A stretch of 59,401 bases of DNA from a virus (IMGVR_UViG_3300021256_000055:199124-258524), one strand, 5' to 3'. Shown: positions 19,094 to 28,251, counted from the stretch's first letter. Numbers and translations: made by a program. The notes: generated by a model from the sequence alone, not told the origin.

Positions 19094-19289
19094 AAAAAAT
19101 GCCCACTCTATTTCTAAAGTGGGCTTATCACTAATAGGCAGTGTAAGAACTACAGGGTGGTCGAATGTCCCGTCCAACTACTTCGTGCTCCCGGTTGCCG
19201 TTCAGTAGCCTCGCTCGCCTTTCAATTACTTGTCTACTTTCACCCGCTAAAGTGATTTCAACTTTCATCTACTTTCGTTTCGCTCTTAC
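19094..19289 (-). ncRNA. Candidate ~195-nt small RNA
   Basis: Array promoter (+1 at 19289), no SD or ORF, ends in the GCCCAC/GTGGGC hairpin plus U tract. Confidence 0.6.
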
Positions 19290-19345
19290 ATATATAATAT
19301 GTTTTTAATATTGTCAAAGTCTAAAAACTCTACAGACCTTTCTAA

Positions 19346-19645
19346 CTATTTAGAAATTTCCTTCCATTCAATTCCAAGTTTGATTCTTAAACCATATTCA
19401 TGTTTGATTATACTAAGGATTTGTTTAATATTTGAGTCGATTACTCCATTAGTAAGAATAAGAGTGGCACTTATTGTATCTTTGATTTCAGTTACAAGTA
19501 CATCTTCCAAAGACTTTAATGGATTTTGTTCAAGAGACCTATTGATACGTTCTCTCAAGGCATCTTTGAAAGCCTTCTTATTTTGTGATTTGATTTTAAG
19601 TGGTAAAATCCATTTGTAGTATAACAATGAAGAAAGTTTTTTCAT
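19346..19645 (-). CDS. Hypothetical protein
   Basis: GGAGG SD and promoter. Confidence 0.7.
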   Translation of the reverse strand: MKKLSSLLYYKWILPLKIKSQNKKAFKDALRERINRSLEQNPLKSLEDVLVTEIKDTISATLILTNGVIDSNIKQILSIIKHEYGLRIKLGIEWKEISK

Positions 19646-19746
19646 ACTCTACCTCCATTCTACATTTATAATATGTAGACGGATCTGTAGAAGTATAAAA
19701 AAATAAAAAGACTAGTCTAACTAGACTAATCTTTTCTAAAGAAAAA

Positions 19747-20073
19747 TTATCTTATAGTAATAATTCCAGGCTGTTCAGTAGCTTGTTTTCGACCAAAATA
19801 AGTAAGATTAAACTTAATTTTCTTCAAGTTATCTTTAATTATATTTTGTCTTCGAGCTTCCAGCTTAGAAATTACTTTGAAGATCTCAGCCTCTAGATCG
19901 GCCGTTTTTCTTTTACCAAACTTTACATCTTCTTTTCCGGCCAGTAACTTTCCATAACTAATCATATTGAACTTAATAGAATTAAGATTCTTATATACGA
20001 TTGCTTGAGCTTCTGGACCAAGTCCACTAACCTGTTGATAGATTTCAAATTCGAGTTCTTCTGATTTAGACAT
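19747..20073 (-). CDS. Hypothetical helical protein
   Basis: GTGAGG SD and promoter. Confidence 0.75.
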   Translation of the reverse strand: MSKSEELEFEIYQQVSGLGPEAQAIVYKNLNSIKFNMISYGKLLAGKEDVKFGKRKTADLEAEIFKVISKLEARRQNIIKDNLKKIKFNLTYFGRKQATEQPGIITIR

Positions 20074-20136
20074 AGATTAACCTCACTTATAGTTTATTTG
20101 TTTACAACTATAATATGTAGATTAATCTATAGAAGT

Positions 20137-20529
20137 CTATTTTACAAAAGTAAGATTTAAATAATTCGCAAATGCCTGACAGTCATAGAACTTGTAAGGT
20201 ACTGAACGTGCATAATGGAGCATCTGCTCGTAGTTATACTTTTTAGTAGCCTGCATGTAAACTGCCTGTGTCAGGTTATTAAAGTGAACTTCAATCTCGT
20301 CTTCGAAGTCCTCAGCTGCGATGTCTCTACCCCAGTTGCCGTGTTCATCTGCAACCTGCAAGTGTGCATAGCGTACACGATTTCCTGATTCGTCCTCACT
20401 ATCTGGGTCTTCCCGGATAGATGCTCGATAAGTTTTTCCTTCGTAACGGAAGTGAACTGCGTTTCCACCCCACCATTTTTCTTTACGTACGCGGGTGATT
20501 TTTATTTTTGAACCGTCAAATGGCTGCAT
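20137..20529 (-). CDS. Hypothetical protein
   Basis: GGAGG SD and promoter. Confidence 0.75.
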   Translation of the reverse strand: MQPFDGSKIKITRVRKEKWWGGNAVHFRYEGKTYRASIREDPDSEDESGNRVRYAHLQVADEHGNWGRDIAAEDFEDEIEVHFNNLTQAVYMQATKKYNYEQMLHYARSVPYKFYDCQAFANYLNLTFVK

Positions 20530-20613
20530 TTTGCGCCTCCCTTTATTTGCTTACATATATAATATGTAAACAGTTCTGTAGAAGCACAAAAACTTTTCTG
20601 ATCAATCTAACTT

Positions 20614-20865
20614 CTACAGTTTTACGATATTGGTGATAGTTACGCCACTTATCATAATATCAAAAGGTCTAGTCTGTTGCTTCTCGAACTCATCACTTAG
20701 TTTTGTTTCCAGGTCCCTTAGCCATTCCTTAACGTCATCTTCTGTCTTAAAGACTGGAACTTCTTTTATAGAATGACTATCATACTGACTAGGGTGGCTT
20801 GAGTATGTTATAATATCTTTTACAAAGTAAGCGACAGAATAATAAATTATTGCAAAATGTTTCAT
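20614..20865 (-). CDS. Hypothetical protein
   Basis: GGAGG SD. Confidence 0.7.
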   Translation of the reverse strand: MKHFAIIYYSVAYFVKDIITYSSHPSQYDSHSIKEVPVFKTEDDVKEWLRDLETKLSDEFEKQQTRPFDIMISGVTITNIVKL

Positions 20866-20873
20866 CGAGCCTC

Positions 20874-21197
20874 CTACGCTGCAAGATTCAAGTTGAACTT
20901 CTTACAAAGTTTCATAAACTTGATACGCTTCAATTCAAGCGTTCTTTTATTCTGTTCTGTCGGCGCGAGCTCATGATTCCAAGATGCCTTAAAATAATCG
21001 CTTGCTGTCTGAGTAATTGCTGCAGCGTTCTTATTAGCCTGCTTAATGCTTTTTCCATCTGTAATCGACTGAAGATAAACTGCTTTTGCAATTCCTTCAG
21101 CAAAATCAATATTTGCCATACTTAACCTCAAATATAATATGTCTGTAGAAGGTTTAAAGTATAAAAAGTGGAATAACATCCGTGTCATTCCACCCAC
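20874..21197 (-). CDS. Hypothetical protein (start uncertain)
   Basis: GAGG SD before an internal MANID suggests a shorter product. Confidence 0.6.
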   Translation of the reverse strand: MGGMTRMLFHFLYFKPSTDILYLRLSMANIDFAEGIAKAVYLQSITDGKSIKQANKNAAAITQTASDYFKASWNHELAPTEQNKRTLELKRIKFMKLCKKFNLNLAA

Positions 21198-21204
21198 TAC
21201 TTGA

Positions 21205-21306
21205 CTAAGCGACTTTCTTGATGTTAGATACTTCTTCTTTGTATCCGATAACCATCATAATTGCACAAGCGCCTGTAATTACACCTGTTACGATAAGTGT
21301 TGCCAT
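21205..21306 (-). CDS. 33-aa membrane peptide MATLIVTGVITG... (not in track)
   Basis: GGGG SD, promoter at about 21335-21370, one TM segment. Confidence 0.6.
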   Translation of the reverse strand: MATLIVTGVITGACAIMMVIGYKEEVSNIKKVA

Positions 21307-21390
21307 AGTAGCCCCCTAATTTTTATTTTGTATTTATAATATGTAAATAAGTCTGTAGAAGTATGAAAACTCTACAGACTTTTCTGACTT

Positions 21391-21699
21391 TTAATCTTTA
21401 TACAAATCTTCGTAATGACAGATTGCTTCTTCAAGGTGTCTGATCATCTCACGACATACTTTAACACCGATCCAGCCTTCAAGTACTTCGCTGTCTACTC
21501 CGTCAAGAGCGCAAGTAATTTCGGCATCTGGAACATCAACGCCAGCCTTTGGAATCCAGTGTGCTTCATCATGAAGAGCATCTCTTACAAGACGAACAGA
21601 TTCGTTTCTTGCGTCATCAGTTTTATTCCAGATTTCTTCCATTTTCAGGTTGACAAATCCGTCAAGCACCTGACTTGGTCGTTCTTTAAGTTCAGCCAT
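21391..21699 (-). CDS. Hypothetical protein
   Basis: GGAGG SD and promoter. Confidence 0.75.
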   Translation of the reverse strand: MAELKERPSQVLDGFVNLKMEEIWNKTDDARNESVRLVRDALHDEAHWIPKAGVDVPDAEITCALDGVDSEVLEGWIGVKVCREMIRHLEEAICHYEDLYKD

Positions 21700-21797
21700 A
21701 CGCTAACCTCCGTTTGTTTACATATATAATATGTCAGCGGATCTACAGAAGTACAAAAACTTTCTAGTCTGTCACAACTAGAAAGTCTTTGATTGAA

Positions 21798-21995
21798 TTA
21801 AAGAGTTTCTTCCCAGAATTCCCAGCCGTACTCGTGCTTATCTGTGTTAATGTTGATCTCGTCTTTGTCGTAGTCTGATAAGAACTCTTTACGTTCTTTT
21901 TTTGTTCTGAAGATATGTTCAGATGAACTGAGTGGCATACCATCAGAATACTCACATACATAACGACAACCATAAACTTTAACTGTTTCGCTCAT
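21798..21995 (-). CDS. Hypothetical protein (paralog of 15677..15886)
   Basis: Sequence similarity; SD and promoter. Confidence 0.75.
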   Translation of the reverse strand: MSETVKVYGCRYVCEYSDGMPLSSSEHIFRTKKERKEFLSDYDKDEININTDKHEYGWEFWEETL

Positions 21996-22110
21996 AAGCT
22001 TAACCTCACATGTTATTTGATTTACAAATATAATATGTGAATAGTTCTATAGAAGTATAGAAAATAAAAACTTTCTAATCTAACTAGACTAGAAAGTTTT
22101 TTATATTACT

Positions 22111-22491
22111 TTATTTCAAATATTCTTGAATTTTACTTCCGAGTGTATATAACATAATATCAGACTTCTTGGCACGATTTATAAAAGTTCTGAATGTACA
22201 ATAACCGATTTTTTCCCATCCCATTTCTTTAATTTTCTTATAATCAAAGTTATCATGGTTGAAGACTACTCGAAGGTTACCACCTCTTGGGTAGATTATA
22301 AGATACTTATTGTGATACTCAGGCATATTCCAACGAATACCTTTTTCGAGAATACCATCTTTAACAGCCACATCTAATTTAGAACAAAGAATCTGATTCA
22401 ACTGGTTCTCAATGTCTTTAACATCTGAGTTTGCCTGTTTTCGAATCAACTTTGCCACTTTCAAAGATTCTTTTAATTCTTTTACATCCAT
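22111..22491 (-). CDS. Coiled-coil family protein
   Basis: AKLIRKQANSDVKDIENQL is identical in 30561..30956. Confidence 0.8.
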   Translation of the reverse strand: MDVKELKESLKVAKLIRKQANSDVKDIENQLNQILCSKLDVAVKDGILEKGIRWNMPEYHNKYLIIYPRGGNLRVVFNHDNFDYKKIKEMGWEKIGYCTFRTFINRAKKSDIMLYTLGSKIQEYLK

Positions 22492-22608
22492 AATTTAACC
22501 TCACTAAGTTTTATTTGTTTACAAATATAATATGTGGTTAGTTCTATAGAAGTATAGAAAAATAAAAAAAACTTTCTAGTCTTATTTGACTAGAAAGTTT
22601 TTTGAATG

Positions 22609-22983
22609 TTAGTCTTCGTCTTCTTCGTCTTCTTCGCTCTCATTAAACTCATTGTTAGCAATAATGTCGTCAAGCCATCTTGCTCCTAGTTGCATTTTGA
22701 GAGGCATGCAGTCTTCAACATCTTCAAGAGCAATGCTGACAATGTTAAGATGCTCTGGATAAGCGTTGTCTCCAGTAAGCTTAGAGAACTCATTCATCTC
22801 TTTTCCTGTTGTAATATAAATGCGACGATTTTTCCAGTGACAAAGCTTTTCAACGCGATACTCAAAGTTATTGAGATTCTTAGCAGACATGTTAAAGCCT
22901 TCCCAAGTAGCTGCAGAGCCTAGATAGCATAAGTAGTCTGAGCCTGAACTAAGTGTTTTAGATTCAATAATTTCTAATGACAT
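22609..22983 (-). CDS. Hypothetical protein (paralog of 38264..38710)
   Basis: LTGDNAYP..L.IVS..L, RW.DDI and an acidic tail are shared. Confidence 0.8.
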   Translation of the reverse strand: MSLEIIESKTLSSGSDYLCYLGSAATWEGFNMSAKNLNNFEYRVEKLCHWKNRRIYITTGKEMNEFSKLTGDNAYPEHLNIVSIALEDVEDCMPLKMQLGARWLDDIIANNEFNESEEDEEDED

Positions 22984-23095
22984 ATAAGTCCTCCAAAAGA
23001 ATTATTTGTTTACATTTATAATATGTCAATAGCTCTACAGAAGTATAAAATAAAAAAACTTTCTAATCTAACTAGACTAGAAAGTTTTTTGTAAA

Positions 23096-23296
23096 CTAAT
23101 CGTAGATGAAGATATTTCCTTTTCCAGCGTCCGGAATAAGATCGACAGGTGTTTCAACAGCTTCCGGGTCTTCAGCTTTTTCCAGCTCTTGAATCAAGCG
23201 CTTGCCATGTGTGCGCCGATTCTTATTGCTCCACTTCTTAGCCTCTCGACCAGGCCAATACCAGCCTTTCTTATGGTCGTTATAGCTACGACTCAT
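23096..23296 (-). CDS. Small basic hypothetical protein
   Basis: MSRSY...AKKWSNKNRR; GGAGG SD. Confidence 0.7.
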   Translation of the reverse strand: MSRSYNDHKKGWYWPGREAKKWSNKNRRTHGKRLIQELEKAEDPEAVETPVDLIPDAGKGNIFIYD

Positions 23297-23305
23297 ATGA
23301 ACCTC

Positions 23306-23596
23306 CTAACAGTCATCTGAACCGTAAGCGTTAGCCATTACGTAAGCGTTCCAGTCATCATCATCTTCTGGCTCATCGTCGTCATCTGAATCTTCTTCAA
23401 GATCGACCATGCTGAAGTCATAAGATTCTGGTTCGCAGTCGTGAATCTGATCAACACTGTGATACTCAGTTCTCACTTCAATAATGTCATTAAGCTTTTC
23501 AATAGAGTACCCGTTGATTTTTGTTACCAGCTGGCACTCTTCTTCGGTTGCAATGTTATTCTGGATGATAAAATCCCAAACCTGTTCTGTAGTCAT
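23306..23596 (-). CDS. Acidic hypothetical protein
   Basis: GGAGG SD 7 nt before MTTEQ. Confidence 0.75.
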   Translation of the reverse strand: MTTEQVWDFIIQNNIATEEECQLVTKINGYSIEKLNDIIEVRTEYHSVDQIHDCEPESYDFSMVDLEEDSDDDDEPEDDDDWNAYVMANAYGSDDC

Positions 23597-23679
23597 TTTC
23601 ATGCCTCCATTATTTGTTTACATATATAATATGTCTACAGAACATAGAAAGCACAAAAATGATTTTCTAATTTATCTAG

Positions 23680-24018
23680 CTAAACTAGAAGAAGTGTTTG
23701 AAGGTGCTGTGATACTTGCGCAGCAAATTTGTTTGCATCTGCAAGAGCTTTGATCATCCGAGTAGACGGAATAGGATTTGAGCTCATCCCCCATGTAACT
23801 GTAGTTGTTCGAGGGAAATAGAGTACTTTGTCTTTATCTTCTTTATCAAAAGAATCAATACGGATTGATACAACGCAATCATCAGCTTCCGAATTTTTCT
23901 TAGTTTTTACTTCAAACTTATGATAAAGCTTATTATAAATGTTTGTGTCCTGGATTTCAATAAGCTCAAAGTTATTATCTTCCAAAACAACTTTTCTAAA
24001 GATTTTCTGTTCAGCCAT
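23680..24018 (-). CDS. Hypothetical protein
   Basis: 112 aa with SD. Confidence 0.7.
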   Translation of the reverse strand: MAEQKIFRKVVLEDNNFELIEIQDTNIYNKLYHKFEVKTKKNSEADDCVVSIRIDSFDKEDKDKVLYFPRTTTVTWGMSSNPIPSTRMIKALADANKFAAQVSQHLQTLLLV

Positions 24019-24073
24019 CTTAGCTTCCTATTGCAAAGTTTTAGCTCCAGCCATACGGCCAGAGCATTTGAGC

Positions 24074-24376
24074 TTAGAGCTTCTGGCAGATTTCCTTCCA
24101 GTTGTCCTTAAGCTTTACAAGCCAGCCAGTACCAAATCCAATTGGAATTTCCTTGCTGAGTACTTCATCAAACAAGTCTCTTTCAAGAATATCCAAAGTT
24201 TCCTGGTTTATCTTGTAGGCTGGGACGAAAATACAATTTTCATCAGTTGGCTTCATTCCATAGCCAGCTAAGCAAACTGAAACGTCACACCAAGGTTCGC
24301 CATCTTCAGTGAGAGCCTGAATATAAGTTGAACCATCTGCAACATAGGTCGAGCGACCATAACTAAGCTTTTCCAT
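24074..24376 (-). CDS. DUF4313-like protein
   Basis: YIQALTEDGEPWCDVSVCL...FV...G.G pattern. Confidence 0.55.
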   Translation of the reverse strand: MEKLSYGRSTYVADGSTYIQALTEDGEPWCDVSVCLAGYGMKPTDENCIFVPAYKINQETLDILERDLFDEVLSKEIPIGFGTGWLVKLKDNWKEICQKL

Positions 24377-24488
24377 TTTAGCTCCTTGCTATTTGATTTA
24401 CATATATAATATGTAATCAATTCTGTAGAAGTATAAAAGCTTAAAAAACTATTCTAACTTTTTTAGCTAGAATAGTTTTCTAAAAAGC

Positions 24489-24782
24489 TTAAACTTCTTT
24501 AACAGTATAACAATCAGCTGGAAGATCTTGTACGCAGATTACCTGCTGACCTTTGCATTCACCAGCGATACCAACTTTGCGAAGCTTTACTTTACCAGTA
24601 TTGATCGCATTCATTGCTTTTTTCAAATCAATTTCAGCATAAGACTTTTGATCGTGGCTATAGCACTTGTGTGTCTTTTGCTTCATTGCCATTTCATAAA
24701 ATTTAAGTACATCCATGCTGGCAAACTGATAAAGTGTACCAACGGCTTCTTTTGAAGCTCCAGTGTTATGTGTTTTATTCAT
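24489..24782 (-). CDS. Hypothetical protein; leaderless start
   Basis: ATG at the predicted +1. Confidence 0.7.
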   Translation of the reverse strand: MNKTHNTGASKEAVGTLYQFASMDVLKFYEMAMKQKTHKCYSHDQKSYAEIDLKKAMNAINTGKVKLRKVGIAGECKGQQVICVQDLPADCYTVKEV

Positions 24783-24823
24783 ATTTATAATATATGAATA
24801 AAACTATAGAAGTATAAAATCTT

Positions 24824-25195
24824 CTAGTATTTTATTTCAAATGATACGGTATTAAAATCCACATCAGTGTCCACACCATCAGTACTTAATCTATTATAGT
24901 CTGGAAGTCCATTTGAACAACGTTCAATATATAAAAATTCAGCGCGGAAGTCTGGATGCTTATTGAGTTCTTTTAACACTTCATTAACACAAAGAGGCTT
25001 AGTTACATTTTCAGCGCGTTCAATATCAAAAACAATTACTTTATCTGAGTAGCCAACATCAGCAACTCCAGTAATGTAATATTCAACTGGAACTGGAAGC
25101 GCGCAAAGTGCAGTGTCCATATGATAAAGTCGGACTTTATTAAAACCGACACCGTGTTTTTTATATTTAAGAAGGTTTTCTGCGAAAGTATTCAT
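24824..25195 (-). CDS. Hypothetical protein
   Basis: GGGG SD and promoter. Confidence 0.7.
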   Translation of the reverse strand: MNTFAENLLKYKKHGVGFNKVRLYHMDTALCALPVPVEYYITGVADVGYSDKVIVFDIERAENVTKPLCVNEVLKELNKHPDFRAEFLYIERCSNGLPDYNRLSTDGVDTDVDFNTVSFEIKY

Positions 25196-25282
25196 AATCT
25201 TACCCCTATTATAATATGTAAATAAATCTATAGAAGTAAAAAATAAGGTTGGACTTTTCTAGCTAGTCCAACCTTCTACAGA

Positions 25283-25888
25283 TTAGTGTTCAATTATTAC
25301 AATCTGGTCACCCTTTTTAGTTGCCCAACATCCTGTGTTTTTCTTTACACAATTCATGCAATGTCCACCACAAGGTTTTGCATTCGAGCTTGCTGTTGTT
25401 GTGCCATCAGCAAAGAACACGTGAGCCTCAGGAAGCTTGTGTGGATTAGGCATTTCAAGTCCTCTCCACTTGCTGAACAGGATATGCAGGTTGCTTGGCA
25501 AGCGGTGTCCTTCGTCCAGATATTCGTTTACCATTTCATATCTTTTTGTAAAGCAAAGTACCTGGCAATGCTTGTTCTTACGAGCTGCTTTAACCATGTT
25601 CTCAAGGTACTTACGGTTAGGAATATCGCCTGACACATGGAAGCGAAACTGCTCAGCTGTTGCCATCGCAGCATTTACTTCGTTCCAGTACTGATCTGGA
25701 TTGTGAAGCAAGATTCTTAAGTTTCTTGCGATTGATTCTTCAACAACTCCAAACTTGAAGCGTCCACGATTTGCATAACAGATTTTTGTGCATTCGCAGT
25801 CTCCGCGACATGTTTTAATTGCAGGCAAAGATACTGAAGGGATTGTACCCATTTTAGAATTGCCTCTTGAAACGCAAATATGTTCCAT
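25283..25888 (-). CDS. GP88-like Cys-rich (probable Fe-S/metal-binding) protein
   Basis: GNSKMG, TC...C...CYA, FRFHVSGDI and C..C..C...CW motifs. Confidence 0.65.
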   Translation of the reverse strand: MEHICVSRGNSKMGTIPSVSLPAIKTCRGDCECTKICYANRGRFKFGVVEESIARNLRILLHNPDQYWNEVNAAMATAEQFRFHVSGDIPNRKYLENMVKAARKNKHCQVLCFTKRYEMVNEYLDEGHRLPSNLHILFSKWRGLEMPNPHKLPEAHVFFADGTTTASSNAKPCGGHCMNCVKKNTGCWATKKGDQIVIIEH

Positions 25889-26032
25889 TTTTATGCTCCT
25901 ATAGCTTATTCGTTTACATATATAATATGTAAATAGCTCTACAGAAGTATAAAAAACAAATAAAAATAGTCGGATCTTCTGATCCGACTTTTCTAACTTC
26001 TAATAGTTTTGAAGCTTATCTACCTTTGTTTT

Positions 26033-26482
26033 TTATTCCTCATCATCATCGAATATATCATCAATATGTTCATAGCTAATACAGCTGTGATAAAGAATGT
26101 CTCCAGTAGTTTCATCTTCAATATGAACTATAATAGAGTCATCATCCTTGTGCATAATAATGTGTGCAACTCCGCCTGGAACATCAATAGTTTTTAATCC
26201 GTCCACAAACATTCGTTCAAAAAAGCTTGCATCTTTTTTTACGGTTAAGTCACAATAATGTGCATCTAAAACCGCAAACTGGCCAGAATCAAAGTCGTAG
26301 GTATGACATTCGTCATCAAGCATTTCGAGATCACCATGGCCTGTAGGCAAACAAATACCAAGCCCTGGAACATTAGCTCCGTCGTTACCTGCACAAATCT
26401 GGTCGTAGGAATGACCCTTAATTACATAACAAGGATCACCTAAATATAATTTATTTGTATGTAAAGTAATTTCCTGCTTCAT
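26033..26482 (-). CDS. Acidic hypothetical protein (GDPCYV motif)
   Basis: LYLGDPCYVI; lacks the array promoter but has CTAATT upstream. Confidence 0.7.
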   Translation of the reverse strand: MKQEITLHTNKLYLGDPCYVIKGHSYDQICAGNDGANVPGLGICLPTGHGDLEMLDDECHTYDFDSGQFAVLDAHYCDLTVKKDASFFERMFVDGLKTIDVPGGVAHIIMHKDDDSIIVHIEDETTGDILYHSCISYEHIDDIFDDDEE

Positions 26483-26545
26483 ATAATAATTCCTTATAAG
26501 ATAATTAGCTAAAATAGTCCCAGTGGACTGGGACTTTTAAGTGAC

Positions 26546-26770
26546 TTAAGCTACAAACTTTTTGTTAAGTTTTGAATCTTTCTTATAGATTTCAAGAGCA
26601 TACTTCATAGCTGACTTGAACTCCTTCTCAATTCTTGAACGTTTTCCAGCTTCTACTTTATATGAGCCGTCCTTCAAGTGAGCGATCATTGGTACATGCT
26701 CGTGTGATGAGCATACTGAGTACCATTTTCCATTGATGTTTTCTTTAGTCCACTGATAAGCTTTAGCCAT
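26546..26770 (-). CDS. Hypothetical protein
   Basis: GTGAGG SD and promoter. Confidence 0.75.
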   Translation of the reverse strand: MAKAYQWTKENINGKWYSVCSSHEHVPMIAHLKDGSYKVEAGKRSRIEKEFKSAMKYALEIYKKDSKLNKKFVA

Positions 26771-27050
26771 AATTTTAACCTCACTAAGTTTTATTCGTTT
26801 ACATATATAATATGTATTTAGTATTAGAAAAGTACAAAAACTCTACAGACTTATCTGATTTAAAAAAAGAAAGGACAAGCCAACGACTTGTCCTTTCAAA
26901 ATGTAAACAAATAACACAGGAGGTCATCTGGGAAAGCGGTCTTAACTCGTCGTAGCCTTGGTGGGCTTTTACCTCACCAACTAGCTGATAAGATGCAGGC
27001 CATTGCGTATCCTTGCACGTTACCGGCTCCCTTGATAATTCTGTGAATAG

Positions 27051-27125
27051 CCAAGATGGTAGGACTTGAACCTACACCTACAGACACCCGAAGTGTCGCG
27101 CTTCTACCAATTAAGCTACATCCTG
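27051..27125 (-). tRNA. tRNA-Arg(UCG), no encoded CCA
   Basis: Acceptor CAGGATG/CATCTTG; D arm GCTT/AAGC; anticodon loop CT-TCG-GG; T arm GTAGG-TTCAAGT-CCTAC. Confidence 0.85.
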
Positions 27126-27156
27126 TAATTTTTAGTGGCCGAAGCCACTTTTGTTA

Positions 27157-27384
27157 TTATAAACCAAGTCTAGGTTTTACTTTACCAAACCACTCACCAT
27201 CAATGGCACCCATACAAGACCAGTAGTTCTTGAACGCTCGTCCATTCCAGTAGTAGTAGTCATCTCGCATCTCAACTGTCCAGATATACACTCGAGCTTT
27301 GTCGCCATTTTTCATTGCCTCAAAAAGAGACTGAGCGCCCGGGTACTCTTTGTCACCTAGTTGAAATCTTACAATATTATTCAT
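27157..27384 (-). CDS. Hypothetical protein
   Basis: GTGAGG SD at the transcript start. Confidence 0.7.
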   Translation of the reverse strand: MNNIVRFQLGDKEYPGAQSLFEAMKNGDKARVYIWTVEMRDDYYYWNGRAFKNYWSCMGAIDGEWFGKVKPRLGL

Positions 27385-27485
27385 ACTTCACCTCACATAT
27401 ATAATATGTTTTCTATAGAAGTAAAGTACAAAAATTAAGGCAAGTCAATAATTTTTTTGTTTTGTCTGACTTGCCTTATACGGCT

Positions 27486-27734
27486 TTACGCGTTGATTGT
27501 AACGTTGTAACCGTATGCTTTGTAACGGTTTTCAACACCGTTGTCGTTTGAGCCAGTGCTCTGTGTACCAGCAGCTGCAGCCTTGATGTTTACAGTAGCT
27601 GATGCCATAGTCTTAGCCTGTTTTGTATTGCCGTGGAAATATCCAGCAGCCTGTTTGATTGATACGAAAGAAAGCTTTTCAGCAGACTTTCCCTTGCCTT
27701 TAGTCATTACGACTTTAGCCTTTGTTCTTGCCAT
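27486..27734 (-). CDS. Small basic protein with NUMOD1/IENR1-like F.S.K.AA.Y motif (putative DNA-binding)
   Basis: FVSIKQAAGYF...I..A; similar to 28911, 54447 and 55141. Confidence 0.6.
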   Translation of the reverse strand: MARTKAKVVMTKGKGKSAEKLSFVSIKQAAGYFHGNTKQAKTMASATVNIKAAAAGTQSTGSNDNGVENRYKAYGYNVTINA

Positions 27735-27825
27735 ATAATTGGCCTCCGAAATGTTATTTTGTTTAGCTTTTCAGCTTACATATATAATATGTAATTATCT
27801 ATGTAGAAGTCCAAAAAGTTTCCAT

Positions 27826-28007
27826 AAAATTCACAACTTCATTTCGCCAATTTAGTTTAATAGCCGGCATCTAAATCAGTTACTTTACTTGGTGAGTCCA
27901 GGCGGCTGAGCGAAGTCCGCATCCCCATCGGTGGTAAGCCGAGTGTGCTACAAACTCTTACACTATGGTCTCTAAGTTGTGAACTTTATGCAAGCTTTTC
28001 AGCTTAC
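27826..28007 (-). ncRNA. Candidate ~180-nt structured RNA
   Basis: Promoter +1 at 28007; 14-bp closing helix 27974-27987 with 27826-27839; no SD-led ORF. Confidence 0.6.
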
Positions 28008-28059
28008 ATATATAATATGTTTTTAACTATGTAGAAGTACAAAAACATATCATATATTT

Positions 28060-28251
28060 TTAATTGTATGCTTCAGAACGACAATTGTAGAAGCATTCCC
28101 AGTAATAATTCCAGTCAGCTTTGTCTACCTCAAACCCATCGTCCTTACAAATGTGTTTGAATTCATCAAAGTCATCTGAATCCATTGGATGGCCAGATTC
28201 CCAACCTTCACGGGCAAAATTTTTAAGATATTTTCTTTTTTTATCGTCCAT
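28060..28251 (-). CDS. Small acidic hypothetical protein
   Basis: GAGG SD at +1. Confidence 0.7.
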   Translation of the reverse strand: MDDKKRKYLKNFAREGWESGHPMDSDDFDEFKHICKDDGFEVDKADWNYYWECFYNCRSEAYN

